Numbered from the stretch's first letter, positions 37,878 through 47,200 are shown. The stretch is DNA of 64,000 bases from Alphaproteobacteria bacterium (GCA_016124645.1 WGNE01000034.1:19852-83851); one strand, 5' to 3'. Numbers and translations: made by a program. Notes: generated by a model from the letters alone, not told the origin.

Positions 37878-39671
37878 TTAAGCGTCGTCTTCCGCCTCGG
37901 CAGACGGCAGGCGGATGTCGATGACCTTCGCGCCGGGGAAGACGCGCAGCACCTCGGCCACCATCGGGCTGGCCGTCACCTCGTCCATCACCGCCTGCGC
38001 CGCGCCCTTTTTCTGCTCGGCGATCGTCGGTTCCCCTTGTTCGCGCGAGATGCTGACGACCCAGCGCTGGCCCGTCCAGCGGCCCAGCCGGTCGGAAACC
38101 AGCCCGGCGAGGTTGTTGGGCGCGGTCTCGCGCGGACGCAGGGAAATATGGCCCTGCTCGAATTTCACCAGATGCACGTCGTTCACGAGATGCGACTGCA
38201 AGAGCATTTCACGCTGTTGCGCGAAAAGCGCGACGACGTCGGCGAAGCCGGCCAGCGCCACGGCCGCGCCGGGTGCCGCCTGCGGCTGGACGTCCTGCCT
38301 TGCGACGGCGGATACGCTTGCGCCGCCGCGGCTCATCACCGTCGCGCCGCGTCCGTTACCCGAATTGCCGCCGTTGCCGGAAGGGGCGGATGACGCCGCC
38401 GCGCCGTCTTTTATCTGCTTCATCAGGTCGCCCGGCGTCGGCTGGTCGGAAACGTAGAGCAGACGGATGAGCACCATCTCCAGCGCGTGCTGCGGACTGG
38501 CGGCGTATTGCACCTCCGACACGCCCTTCAAAAGCATCTGCCACGTGCGGGTGAGCGCGGGAATGGACAGCCGCTGCGCCATCTCCGCCCCGCGCACGCG
38601 CTCGGCCTCGGGCAGGGCCTGGTCCTTCGCCGCCTCGGGGCTGACCTTGACCTTGGTGAGGTAATGGGTGAGCTCCAGCAAGTCCTGCAAGACCTGCACG
38701 GGGTCCGCGCCGCCCTTGTACAGGCTATCGACGAGGGCGAAGACGGTTTCGTTCTCGCCCTTCATCAACGCCTCGAACAAATCGAAAGAGACGGAGCGGT
38801 CGATGAGGCCCAGCATCTCGCGCACCTGCGCCTCGGTGATCTTCTCCGGCTCGCGGGAAATAGCCTGGTCCATCAGCGACAACCCGTCGCGGGCCGAGCC
38901 GTCCGCCGCGCGGGCGATGAGGGAGACGGCGGCGGGTTCCGCCTGCACGTTTTCCTTTTTCAATATCTCGTTGAAATATTCATCCCGCACCCCGGCATCG
39001 ATGCGGCGCAGGTCGAACCGCTGGCAGCGCGAGAGCACGGTGACGGGCACCTTGCGGATCTCCGTCGTCGCGAAGACGAATTTCACGTGCTCCGGCGGCT
39101 CTTCCAGCGTTTTCAGCAGCGCGTTGAACGCGGCCTTGGAAAGCATGTGGACCTCGTCGATGACGAAGACCTTGTAGCGGCCGCTGACCGGCGCGTATTT
39201 CACCGTGTCGATGAGGTCGCGCATGTTGTCCACCCCGGTGTGGGAGGCCGCGTCGATCTCCAGCACATCGACGTGGCGGTCTTCGGCGATGGCGCGGCAC
39301 TGCTCGCACACGCCGCAGGGGTTCACGGTCGGCCCCTTTTCGCAGTTGAGCGCGCGGGCGATGATGCGCGCGGTCGTGGTCTTGCCCACGCCGCGCACGC
39401 CCGTCAGCATGAAGGCATGGGCGATGCGCCCCGTCTCGATGGCGTTGGTGAGGGTGCGCACCAGCGCGTCCTGCCCCTTCAGCTCTGAGAAATTCTGCGG
39501 ACGGTACTTGCGCGCCAGCACGCGGTATTCGCCGGGCTTTTTACCCGTCTCTTGCGTCGCACTCGTGTCGTCGGAAGCTTTTTTGGCCACGGTTTTCCCC
39601 TGTTTGTCTTGCCGTCTGTCTGGCGCTGTCGTGAGCCCCTGCAGGATATAAGATTCACGCCGCCTTTTCAA
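37878..39671 (-). CDS. dnaX: DNA polymerase III subunit gamma/tau
   Basis: YRVLARKYRPQNFSELKGQDALV..., Walker A GVRGVGKTTTARI, zinc module CGVCEQCRAI, and DEVHML. The start may be internal. Confidence 0.92.
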   Translation of the reverse strand: MKRRRESYILQGLTTAPDRRQDKQGKTVAKKASDDTSATQETGKKPGEYRVLARKYRPQNFSELKGQDALVRTLTNAIETGRIAHAFMLTGVRGVGKTTTARIIARALNCEKGPTVNPCGVCEQCRAIAEDRHVDVLEIDAASHTGVDNMRDLIDTVKYAPVSGRYKVFVIDEVHMLSKAAFNALLKTLEEPPEHVKFVFATTEIRKVPVTVLSRCQRFDLRRIDAGVRDEYFNEILKKENVQAEPAAVSLIARAADGSARDGLSLMDQAISREPEKITEAQVREMLGLIDRSVSFDLFEALMKGENETVFALVDSLYKGGADPVQVLQDLLELTHYLTKVKVSPEAAKDQALPEAERVRGAEMAQRLSIPALTRTWQMLLKGVSEVQYAASPQHALEMVLIRLLYVSDQPTPGDLMKQIKDGAAASSAPSGNGGNSGNGRGATVMSRGGASVSAVARQDVQPQAAPGAAVALAGFADVVALFAQQREMLLQSHLVNDVHLVKFEQGHISLRPRETAPNNLAGLVSDRLGRWTGQRWVVSISREQGEPTIAEQKKGAAQAVMDEVTASPMVAEVLRVFPGAKVIDIRLPSAEAEDDA

Positions 39672-39764
39672 ACATTATGGCGATTACAGAAAATGGCGGG
39701 GCTTGCGCCGGAGAGCCCGTGCATACTATGATAAGCACAGGGGAAATTCATCAGGGAATTCAAT

Positions 39765-40163
39765 GTGGCACTGACGCTAGACGAGCTGGACGGCACCTAC
39801 GAGGTCCGCACCGAAATCAGCGGTGCCGAACAAGACCCCTACGACATCGACGGCAACGGCACCACGCGCATCCACAACGGCCAGACCTTCCGCAAAGACC
39901 AGCAGGGCATGATCTGGGAGAGCGAATTCACCATCATCGGCGAGGACAAGGTGCAGATGAAATCCACGCTCGACCCCAGCCACGCGCGCGGCGGCGGGCA
40001 GTTCATCAAGGATGAAAAGGGCAACCTGACCAAGGCCATGGTTTCCTACACCACCGAGCTGACCGCGAGCCGCGACGGCGAAGGCCGCGTCGTCTTGAAC
40101 GGCGCCATCGAGCACGGCGGCGTGACCACTTTGCTCACCCTGACCAAAATCGCCGACGAATAA
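39765..40163 (+). CDS. hypothetical protein
   Basis: 132-aa ORF with a GTG start. No motif recognised. Confidence 0.45.
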   Translation: MALTLDELDGTYEVRTEISGAEQDPYDIDGNGTTRIHNGQTFRKDQQGMIWESEFTIIGEDKVQMKSTLDPSHARGGGQFIKDEKGNLTKAMVSYTTELTASRDGEGRVVLNGAIEHGGVTTLLTLTKIADE

Positions 40164-40168
40164 ACCCC

Positions 40169-41458
40169 TTATATCCCCAGCTTCTCGCGCATGCCGTAGT
40201 ACCACGCGCCCATGGCGGTGAGCGGCACGCGGAACATGCGGCCGCCCGGGAAGGGGTAGTTCTTCATTTTCGCGAAAACGTCCCAGCGCGATTGCTGGTT
40301 GTCGATGGCCTCGGCCGTCAGGCGGCCCAGCAGGTGGCAGGGGGTGACGCCGTGGCCGCTGTCGCCCTGAATGAACCAGACATTATCCGCCAGCCGCCCG
40401 ATATGCGGCATGCGCGTGAGCGTCAGGGCGAAATTGCCGCTCCAGGCGAAATCTATTTTCTTTCCCTTCAGGTGCGGGAAGGTGCGGTGGATATGCGGCA
40501 CCAGCCGGTTTTCGATGTCCGTGGGGGTGGAGCCGCTATAGACCACGCCGCCGCCGAACAGCAAGCGTTTGTCGCCGGTGATGCGGTAGTAATCCAGCAG
40601 GAAGTTGCAGTCCTCGAGGCAGTTGTCGCCCGGCATCATCTTGTCGGTCAGTTCCGCGCCCAGCACCTCGGTCGTCACGATCTGGCTGCTGACGGACATG
40701 AAGCGGGCCGAAAGCTCGGGCACCGTCTCGCCGAGGTAAGCGTTGCCGCAGATGACGAGGTGGTTGCAGGTGACCTTGCCCTGCGCCGTCACCGCCGCGG
40801 GCTTCGCGCCGTGCTCGATGCGGGCGACGCGCGAATGTTCGTATATTTTTCCGCCGAGGCTTTCGAGCGCGGCCGCCTGCCCCAGCACGAGGTTCATGGG
40901 GTGGATGTGCCCGCCCTTGTTGTCGAGCATGCCGCCGGTGTAAAGGTCCGTATCCACGACTTTCGGGATGCCGGATTTGTCCAGCATCTCGACGTCCTTG
41001 TGCCCGGCCATCGCCCAGACCTCGCGCCGGCGTTCGAGGTCTTTCATCTGCCTGTCGTTGAAGGCGGCGAAGAAGCTGCCTTTTTTAAGGTCGCATTCGA
41101 TGCCGTATTTCTCGATGCGCGCGCGGATGATGTCCCCGCCCTCGAAGCTCATGTCTAGCAGGGCGCGGGCGGTGTCCTCACCGTAGCGGGACTTGATCGT
41201 GTCGTAGTCGCGGCTGTAGCCGTTGATGATTTGGCCCCCGTTGCGGCCCGAGGCGCCGAAGGCGACCTTCACCGCTTCGAGCACGATGACCTTGTGCCCC
41301 TTTTCCGCGAGATGCAGCGCGGCGGAAATGCCGGAGAAACCCGCGCCGATGACGCAGATGTCGCAGACCGCGTCGCCCTTCAGCGCCGGGCGTTCCGGCG
41401 CGGGGTTGGCGGTGGCGGCGTAGTAAGAGCCCGTGTGCTGCGTTTCTTCGCCCGCCAT
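40169..41458 (-). CDS. FAD-dependent oxidoreductase (gamma-glutamylputrescine oxidase PuuB/OrdL-like)
   Basis: CDICVIGAGFSGISAALHLAEKGHKVIVLEA. Tightly coupled to the upstream glutamine-synthetase-like gene. Confidence 0.8.
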   Translation of the reverse strand: MAGEETQHTGSYYAATANPAPERPALKGDAVCDICVIGAGFSGISAALHLAEKGHKVIVLEAVKVAFGASGRNGGQIINGYSRDYDTIKSRYGEDTARALLDMSFEGGDIIRARIEKYGIECDLKKGSFFAAFNDRQMKDLERRREVWAMAGHKDVEMLDKSGIPKVVDTDLYTGGMLDNKGGHIHPMNLVLGQAAALESLGGKIYEHSRVARIEHGAKPAAVTAQGKVTCNHLVICGNAYLGETVPELSARFMSVSSQIVTTEVLGAELTDKMMPGDNCLEDCNFLLDYYRITGDKRLLFGGGVVYSGSTPTDIENRLVPHIHRTFPHLKGKKIDFAWSGNFALTLTRMPHIGRLADNVWFIQGDSGHGVTPCHLLGRLTAEAIDNQQSRWDVFAKMKNYPFPGGRMFRVPLTAMGAWYYGMREKLGI

Positions 41459-41459
41459 G

Positions 41460-42857
41460 TCAGATATCCCTTAAATAAGCGTCGTATTCGATGCTGGTGA
41501 CCTGCTGGAGCATCCGGTCGCGCTCCTGCCGCTTGCAGGCGAGATAGACCTTGGCGTATTCCCTGCCGAAATATTTCTGGATGAAGCGCGAGTTTTCGAA
41601 GGCTTCCAGCGCGCGCTCCCACGTAAAGGGCAGGCGCTCCGCATCCGTCTCATAGACGCTGCCGCCGGAGGGCGCGGGCGGCTCGATCTTTTTCTCCATG
41701 CCGTAAAGCGCGCCCGCGAGGATGGCGGCCATGGCGAGATAGGGGTTGGTATCCGCCCCCGAAACGCGGTGCTCGATGCGCGTCGCGTCGCGCAGGCTTT
41801 CCGGCACGCGCACGGCGGCGGTGCGGTTGTCGTAGCCCCATGAAACCCGCGTCGGCGCGTGCGAGCCCGGGGTGAAGCGGCGGTAGGAATTGAGGTTGGG
41901 CGCGAAAACGGCCGTGCTGTCCGGCATCGTCGCCAAAACGCCCCCGATGGCGTGGCGCAGCGCGGGCGAGCCCTTGCGCGTCCTGCCGACGAAAATGTTT
42001 TCGCCCTTCTTGTCCAGCACGCTGAAATGCAGGTGCATGCCGTTGCCGTCCTTGTCGCCATATGTCTTGGCCATGAAGGCGACGTCCATGCCGTGGTTGC
42101 GCACCACGCCGCGCACCAGCCGTTTCATCAGCACCGCGTGGTCGGCGGCCTGCAGCGCGTCGGGCGAATGGCGCAGGTTGATCTCGTACTGCCCCGGCCC
42201 GTTTTCGGAAACGGCGGTATCCGCCGGGATGCCCTGCACCTTGCAGGCGCGGGCGATGTCGTTCATCACCGCGCCGAATTCGTCGAGCTCGCTCAGGCTG
42301 AACATCTGCGCGGTGACGGAGCGCCGCCCCGTACGCGGGGAGCGCGGGGGCTGCGGCCTTCCCTGCGCGTCGGGCTTGCCGTCCAGCAGGTGGAATTCCA
42401 GCTCCGCCGCCATGACGGGGGTGAGGCCTTTCTTTTTATAGAGCACGAGGATGTCCTTGAGTATCTGGCGCGGGTCGGCGAAAAAATCGCTCCCGTCCGC
42501 CTCGGTCATCGAAAGCATGACCTGCGCCGTCGGCGCGTCTTCCAGCCAGGGCACGCGGCACAGGCTGCCCGGAACGGCATGGCAGATGCCGTCGTTGTCG
42601 CCGCCCTGCGTGGCGATGCCGGCCGAGAGCACGTCGCGCCCCCAGATATCGACCGCGAAGGAGGAACGCGGAATGCGCAGCCCCGTCTTGAAGAACTCGG
42701 CCGCATGGGCGGCGGGCAGCTTCTTGCCGCGCGGAATGCCGTTGACGTCGATGAGGAAGACGTCGAGCATCTCGATATCCGGGTTCTCCTTGAAAAAGGC
42801 TCCGCTTTCGGATTTCACCGCTGGTCTGGACGCCGATTTCGGCCCCGATTTAGGCAT
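41460..42857 (-). CDS. glutamine synthetase family protein (gamma-glutamyl-polyamine synthetase PuuA-like)
   Basis: GS catalytic-domain motifs (AAELEFHLLD, NGPGQYEINL, NGMHLHFS, SYRRF, R.PES). Start set at MPKSG (42857). Confidence 0.8.
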   Translation of the reverse strand: MPKSGPKSASRPAVKSESGAFFKENPDIEMLDVFLIDVNGIPRGKKLPAAHAAEFFKTGLRIPRSSFAVDIWGRDVLSAGIATQGGDNDGICHAVPGSLCRVPWLEDAPTAQVMLSMTEADGSDFFADPRQILKDILVLYKKKGLTPVMAAELEFHLLDGKPDAQGRPQPPRSPRTGRRSVTAQMFSLSELDEFGAVMNDIARACKVQGIPADTAVSENGPGQYEINLRHSPDALQAADHAVLMKRLVRGVVRNHGMDVAFMAKTYGDKDGNGMHLHFSVLDKKGENIFVGRTRKGSPALRHAIGGVLATMPDSTAVFAPNLNSYRRFTPGSHAPTRVSWGYDNRTAAVRVPESLRDATRIEHRVSGADTNPYLAMAAILAGALYGMEKKIEPPAPSGGSVYETDAERLPFTWERALEAFENSRFIQKYFGREYAKVYLACKRQERDRMLQQVTSIEYDAYLRDI

Positions 42858-43063
42858 GATCACCCCCGCCTTCATTGAAACTTGCGCCCTCAAGGGTGGC
42901 ACGCCGAGCCCCTCAAAGGCAACCCCCTGCCCGGAACAGACTGATTTCAAATGATTTTCGCAAGCTTTGCGCGGGTTTTCCGAAGCCCCGGCGCGAAGGC
43001 ATTCCGTGCTTGAAAACCGCCCCGATTTCCCTTATTCTCACGCCCGTACCGCATCCCGGTTCC

Positions 43064-43138
43064 GCCGTTGTAGCTCAGTGGTAGAGCATTCGCTTCGTAA
43101 GCGAGTGGTCGGAGGTTCGAATCCTCTCAACGGCACCA
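43064..43138 (+). tRNA. tRNA-Thr (anticodon CGU), CCA encoded
   Basis: Hand-folded cloverleaf: acceptor GCCGTTG/CAACGGC, D arm GCTC-AGTGGTA-GAGC, anticodon arm TTCGC-TTCGTAA-GCGAG (CGT), T arm GGAGG-TTCGAAT-CCTCT, then A-CCA. Confidence 0.9.
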
Positions 43139-43169
43139 TTTTTCTTTTCATTGCAAGTCTGGACTGGCT

Positions 43170-43283
43170 GGCCGCACCCGTGACGGTCAGGATATTCCCC
43201 GCGAGGTCGTAGGTATAAGCGGTGGTCAGCGCATTGCCGCCGCGCGTGTCCGTCTCCTGCGTCACGCGCCCGAGGGCGTCGCA
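43170..43283 (-). pseudogene. orphan rhs YD-core fragment
   Basis: Encodes DALGRVTQETDTRGGNALTTAYTYDLAGNILTVTG, about 85% identical at DNA level (by eye) to rhs 45755-45858. It has no start codon and runs towards the tRNA. Confidence 0.75.
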
Positions 43284-43293
43284 GGGAGCGAAA

Positions 43294-43519
43294 TTTCAAT
43301 ATTTCAATTTACTCCGACCCCCTTGATTTAGCGTCGCGTTCAGGGAAGTGTCGGAGGGTGCGGAGTTTCAATATTTCAATTTACTCCGACCCCATTGATT
43401 AGGTGCCCCTTGTAGGCGGCCCCGCAGCCGGTGGAGGAATCGTAGGTCAGCGTCGCGTTCAGGGAAGTGTCGGAGGGTGTGGGGTTTCAATATTTCAATT
43501 TACTCCGACCCGGTTGATT
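43294..43519. repeat. three 35-bp direct repeats interleaved with rhs-core-derived inserts
   Basis: TTTCAATATTTCAATTTACTCCGACCC-NN-TTGATT at 43294-43328, 43366-43400 and 43485-43519. The inserts (37 nt and 84 nt) match rhs 45948-45976 and 45899-45976. Confidence 0.85.
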
Positions 43520-43553
43520 AACCCCATTGATTATTGATTGGAATAGAATCTAT

Positions 43554-44276
43554 TTATTTTGCATCTTTTGATTTACGTGCTGCACGGGCATTCCGAATCT
43601 CGTGCACAAACTCATCTATAATGGACTGCATTCTCTCTATATCGCTTTTAGAATATGAGGGATCTTCTATTTGCAGAGCCATCCCCAACGCTGATAAATC
43701 AAAATTCTTTAAAATTATTTGTTCAATAGCTTCGGTTCTAACGCCGCGATACATGGCCAATATATGCTCTATACCATGAACTGCACTCCGCCTAGCCAAA
43801 GCACAACCATGTTGCAACATATTCGCTATTGTTGAGGCGACCACAGATAAGACTTCCGTTTCACGGCTAAGACTGTTTTTTTTGAATGCACAATAAGTAA
43901 AAACAGAATCCCACCACATATAACCAGCTACATTAAGATTCGCGTTTTTGCAAAGAAGATCATCGAATAGCGATCCAATCGCCTCTATGCACTCTTTTTT
44001 CTGCTGAAACTGCACTGCATCACTCACCACAAATCGTAAAAATCCATTCGGCCCCGGTATGAACCAAAGCCCTTGGTCTATTTGGCCTATTGTATATTTT
44101 TCAGTCAGTCCCGCCGAGCTTTTAAACATGCGCGTCATATACGACACAGCCATCACCTCGGGACACGTATAGCCCCATGCTTCATCATTGTGCCAAGCGA
44201 AAAGAATATCAGTTACAGGATGGTCGAATACAAAGTCCAGCCACTCCTCATAAGAAATATTAGACAGGTCATGCAT
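43554..44276 (-). CDS. putative Rhs-toxin immunity protein (unknown family)
   Basis: 240-aa AT-rich ORF starting 11 nt downstream of the rhs stop, on the same strand. No signal peptide or TM helix. Called by position only. Confidence 0.6.
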   Translation of the reverse strand: MHDLSNISYEEWLDFVFDHPVTDILFAWHNDEAWGYTCPEVMAVSYMTRMFKSSAGLTEKYTIGQIDQGLWFIPGPNGFLRFVVSDAVQFQQKKECIEAIGSLFDDLLCKNANLNVAGYMWWDSVFTYCAFKKNSLSRETEVLSVVASTIANMLQHGCALARRSAVHGIEHILAMYRGVRTEAIEQIILKNFDLSALGMALQIEDPSYSKSDIERMQSIIDEFVHEIRNARAARKSKDAK

Positions 44277-44287
44277 ATGATGAACAC

Positions 44288-47200
44288 CTACATTGCCAAT
44301 GCCGCAATTATTAAAACCGTACCTAAAGACATGGAAGCAGCGGCCGCAGCGGTGTTCGGGTCTGGCACACTTGGTACCGAGGTCGGGCCACTATTCTTTG
44401 TCTTGGTATAGCCTCCCCACTTCCAACGCGGGATCATCGGTGACGAAAAACTACGCGTAGGGGGGGCTCCGTGACATACACCTGTATCGATCTGTTGCTC
44501 GTATATATCATAGCATTTTCCAAGCATCGTACACTGCTGGTGAATTTGTTGTGCATGCCCCCACCAGTCTTCAAAAGGCTGGCCACTCAATGAGTATGGA
44601 ACCATCTGCAAGGTTCTCACTGCTATAGATATTTTAAGCAGTGAAATCTTCTTTTCCAATTCCTCACAAGTGTCCTCTGTCGTACAGCTTTTAAGTTCAT
44701 GAGTAGTGTAATAGTTTAACCCCAAAAGATCGATTACATTGACTGGGTCCTGTCCAACGTAACCGAAGGTATTCATCCCGCCCGCAAGCCCAATAGGATC
44801 AGAGCTGATATAGCGTCCAATAGCCGGATTATAATACCTGTTCCAGTTGGCGAAAAGCCCGGATTCTGAGTCATAATACTGCCCCGGCATCCGAAGGTTG
44901 ACCGTCACGCTGCCGCTGGGCGTGCTGGTGCCGAAGGCATCGTTATTCCACGACCAGACCTGCGTACCGCCGGTATTGGTGGCGAATCTCGGTGTTCCCA
45001 AATGGTCCGTATGCAGATACGTGAGAACCTCGGGGCTGCCCGCGTCGATCTGGGCCAAGGGTGCGCCATTCAGATAGACGTACTCGCGGATGAAGTTGCC
45101 GGAGGTGTCGTATTCGCCGAAGAGCTGCCCATTGGGGCCATAGACGTAATAGGTCGTGCTGCTCGCCGTCACCTTCTTGGAGCGGCGGTGCAGCCAGTCG
45201 TAGGTATAGACGCCCGCCGTGGTGTTGACGGTGGCGAGGTTGCCCGCCGCGCTCCATGTGTAGGCGTTGGTGCCGTCGTTGGTGATGTTGCCGGCGGCGT
45301 CGTAGGTGTAGCTGTTCGCGCCGACCGCGCTGATCTTGTTGCTGGTGCTGGGCACGGTGGTCGTCGTGGTCGTGCCGTCGTCCTTGGTCAGGCGGTTGGA
45401 GGTGGCGTCGTAGGTGTAGCTGGTGGCGGTGCCGGGGTTTTCGGCATTGACGCGCAGCAGGGCGTCGTAGCCGTAGGTGGTGGCCCCCGCCTGCGTGACG
45501 TTGCCGTCGTCGTCCGTCGTATAGGTCCAGTTCGCGATGCCGCCGGAGACGGTGATGTTGGTCGGGTTGTAGTCCTGGTTGTACGTCGCGCTGTACGTCA
45601 GACTGTTGCCGTAGGTGAAGCCGCTCATCGGGCCGAAGGGCAGGTAGGCGGCGGAGCTCGCCAGCGTCGTGCCGGTGGAGTTCACCACGGCGGAGACGCC
45701 GCTCGCCTGCCCGTTCGCGTTGCGGGTATAGGTTACGACGCGGCCCGAGGGCAGCGTAATAGTCGCGATGTTCCCCGCGAGGTCATACGTGTACGCCGTC
45801 GTCAGCGCATTGCCGCCGCGCGTGTCGGTTTCCTGCGTCACGCGGCCGAGGTCGTCGTACTGGAACGCCGTCGTCCCCGCCGCGTCGGAGACGCTGCACA
45901 GGTGGCCCTTGTAGGGCGTGCCGCAGCCGGTGCTCGCGTCATAGGTCAGCGTCGCGTTCAGGGAAGTGTCGGAGGGATAGGCCACCGACGTCAACCGGTT
46001 GAGCGCGTCATAGGTGTAGTTGGTGACGACGCTGCGCGCATCCGTGCGCTGGGTCACGTTGCCCGCCTTGTCCACCGTGTAGGACAGCGTGCCCCGGTCC
46101 GGGCTCGTCTCCCCCGTCACGTCGCCGAAGGCGTTGTAGGTATAGGTGGTGGAGTTGCTGCGCTGGTCCTCGACCGAGGTCAGGTTATCCAGCGCGTCAT
46201 ACCCGTTGGTGGCGACGCCGGAGAGCGCGTCGGTCTGGGTCAGCAGCCTTTGCAGCCCGTCATAGGCGTAGGCGGTGGCGTTGTTGTTCGGGTCCGTGTA
46301 GCTGGTGAGCTGGCTGTTGCCGTCATAGGCGTAGTTTGCCGTCTGGCTCGACGCGCCGATGCTCTGGATGATGCGGGAGAGCGCGTCGAAGACTTTCTGG
46401 TGCGTGTATTTGAGGGCCGCGGAACTGTCCTTCACGTCCTCCTGCGTGATGTTGCCCGCATCGTCCAGCGTGTAGGTGATGGTGTTGCCCAGCGCGTCTT
46501 CCACGCCCGTCAGCCGCTGCGCGGAATCGTAGCTGTATTGCAGGTAGGCGCTGTTGGGCAGCGTGACCTTGGTGAGGTTGCCGTTGTCGTCGTAGTCGAA
46601 GGTGGTTTCCGCCTCGAGCGCCGTGCCGACCGCGCGGGTGGAGGTTTGCAGGCGGCCGTTGGTGTCATAGGTGTAATCCGTCTCCGTCCCGTTGGGGTCC
46701 GTGACCTCCGTCGGGCGGCCCGCCGAATCGCGCGAGACGATGGTGGTCACCTGCCCCAGCGCGTTGGTGATGGTTTTAAGGTCGAGGTTCGAATCATAGG
46801 TGTAATCCGTCGTGTCCGTCACATCCGTGCGCGGCCCGTCCACCTGCTCCAGCCGGCCGAGGATGGTATTGCCGCTGCCGTCGGTGGAGTTGGCGTAATA
46901 GGTATAGGTCGTGATGCGGGTGTCGGAGGTATTGGTGTCCGTCACCGTCTTCGACGTCACGCGGCCGTAGGTGTCGTAGTCGTAATCCGTCGTCCGGCCC
47001 GTTTCCGTGATCAGGTCGGGGAGGTTGTAGGTCGGGTCGTAGGTGATGGTCGTGATTTGCTGGTCGTCGGTATCCGCGTCGCGGGTGATTTGCGTGATGT
47101 TGCCGCGGTCGTCGTATTGGTAGCGGGTGGTGTTGTTCTCCCAGTCCGTTTTGCCGATGACGCGGCCCTTGTCGTCGTAGTTGTAATAGCGGCTCGCCGC

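Noticed and set aside
39577-39586. A AAA AAG-type programmed frameshift site in dnaX (CCAAAAAAGC on the coding strand)
   Set aside because: It lies in the first ~30 codons. The known gamma/tau frameshift occurs after domain III, so the position is incompatible.
39672-39764. SRP (4.5S) RNA upstream of dnaX, a common alphaproteobacterial arrangement
   Set aside because: The spacer is only about 90 nt and lacks the conserved domain IV motifs (GGAA tetraloop helix, AGCA/GGAAG elements).
43038-43265. 75-aa ORF (MTQETDTRGGNALTT...) as a gene
   Set aside because: It is the orphan rhs core fragment read through into the antisense of tRNA-Thr. It has no ribosome-binding site and overlaps the tRNA.
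43294-43519. Genuine CRISPR array
   Set aside because: There are only three repeats. The inserts are of very different length (37 and 84 nt) and are nested copies of the same cis-located rhs sequence. No cas genes are present in the window, and the repeat has no internal palindrome. Reported as a repeat array of unknown nature instead.
44291-44380. PEP-CTERM sorting signal at the Rhs C-terminus
   Set aside because: VPDP plus a hydrophobic helix is suggestive, but the obligatory basic (Arg-rich) terminus is missing and no exosortase is in the window. Mentioned only as a possibility in the toxin finding.
43170-45976. Diversity-generating retroelement (template/variable repeat pair) acting on rhs
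   Set aside because: Mismatches between the fragments and the rhs core are not adenine-specific (they include T/C, G/C and multi-base changes). No reverse transcriptase gene is nearby.
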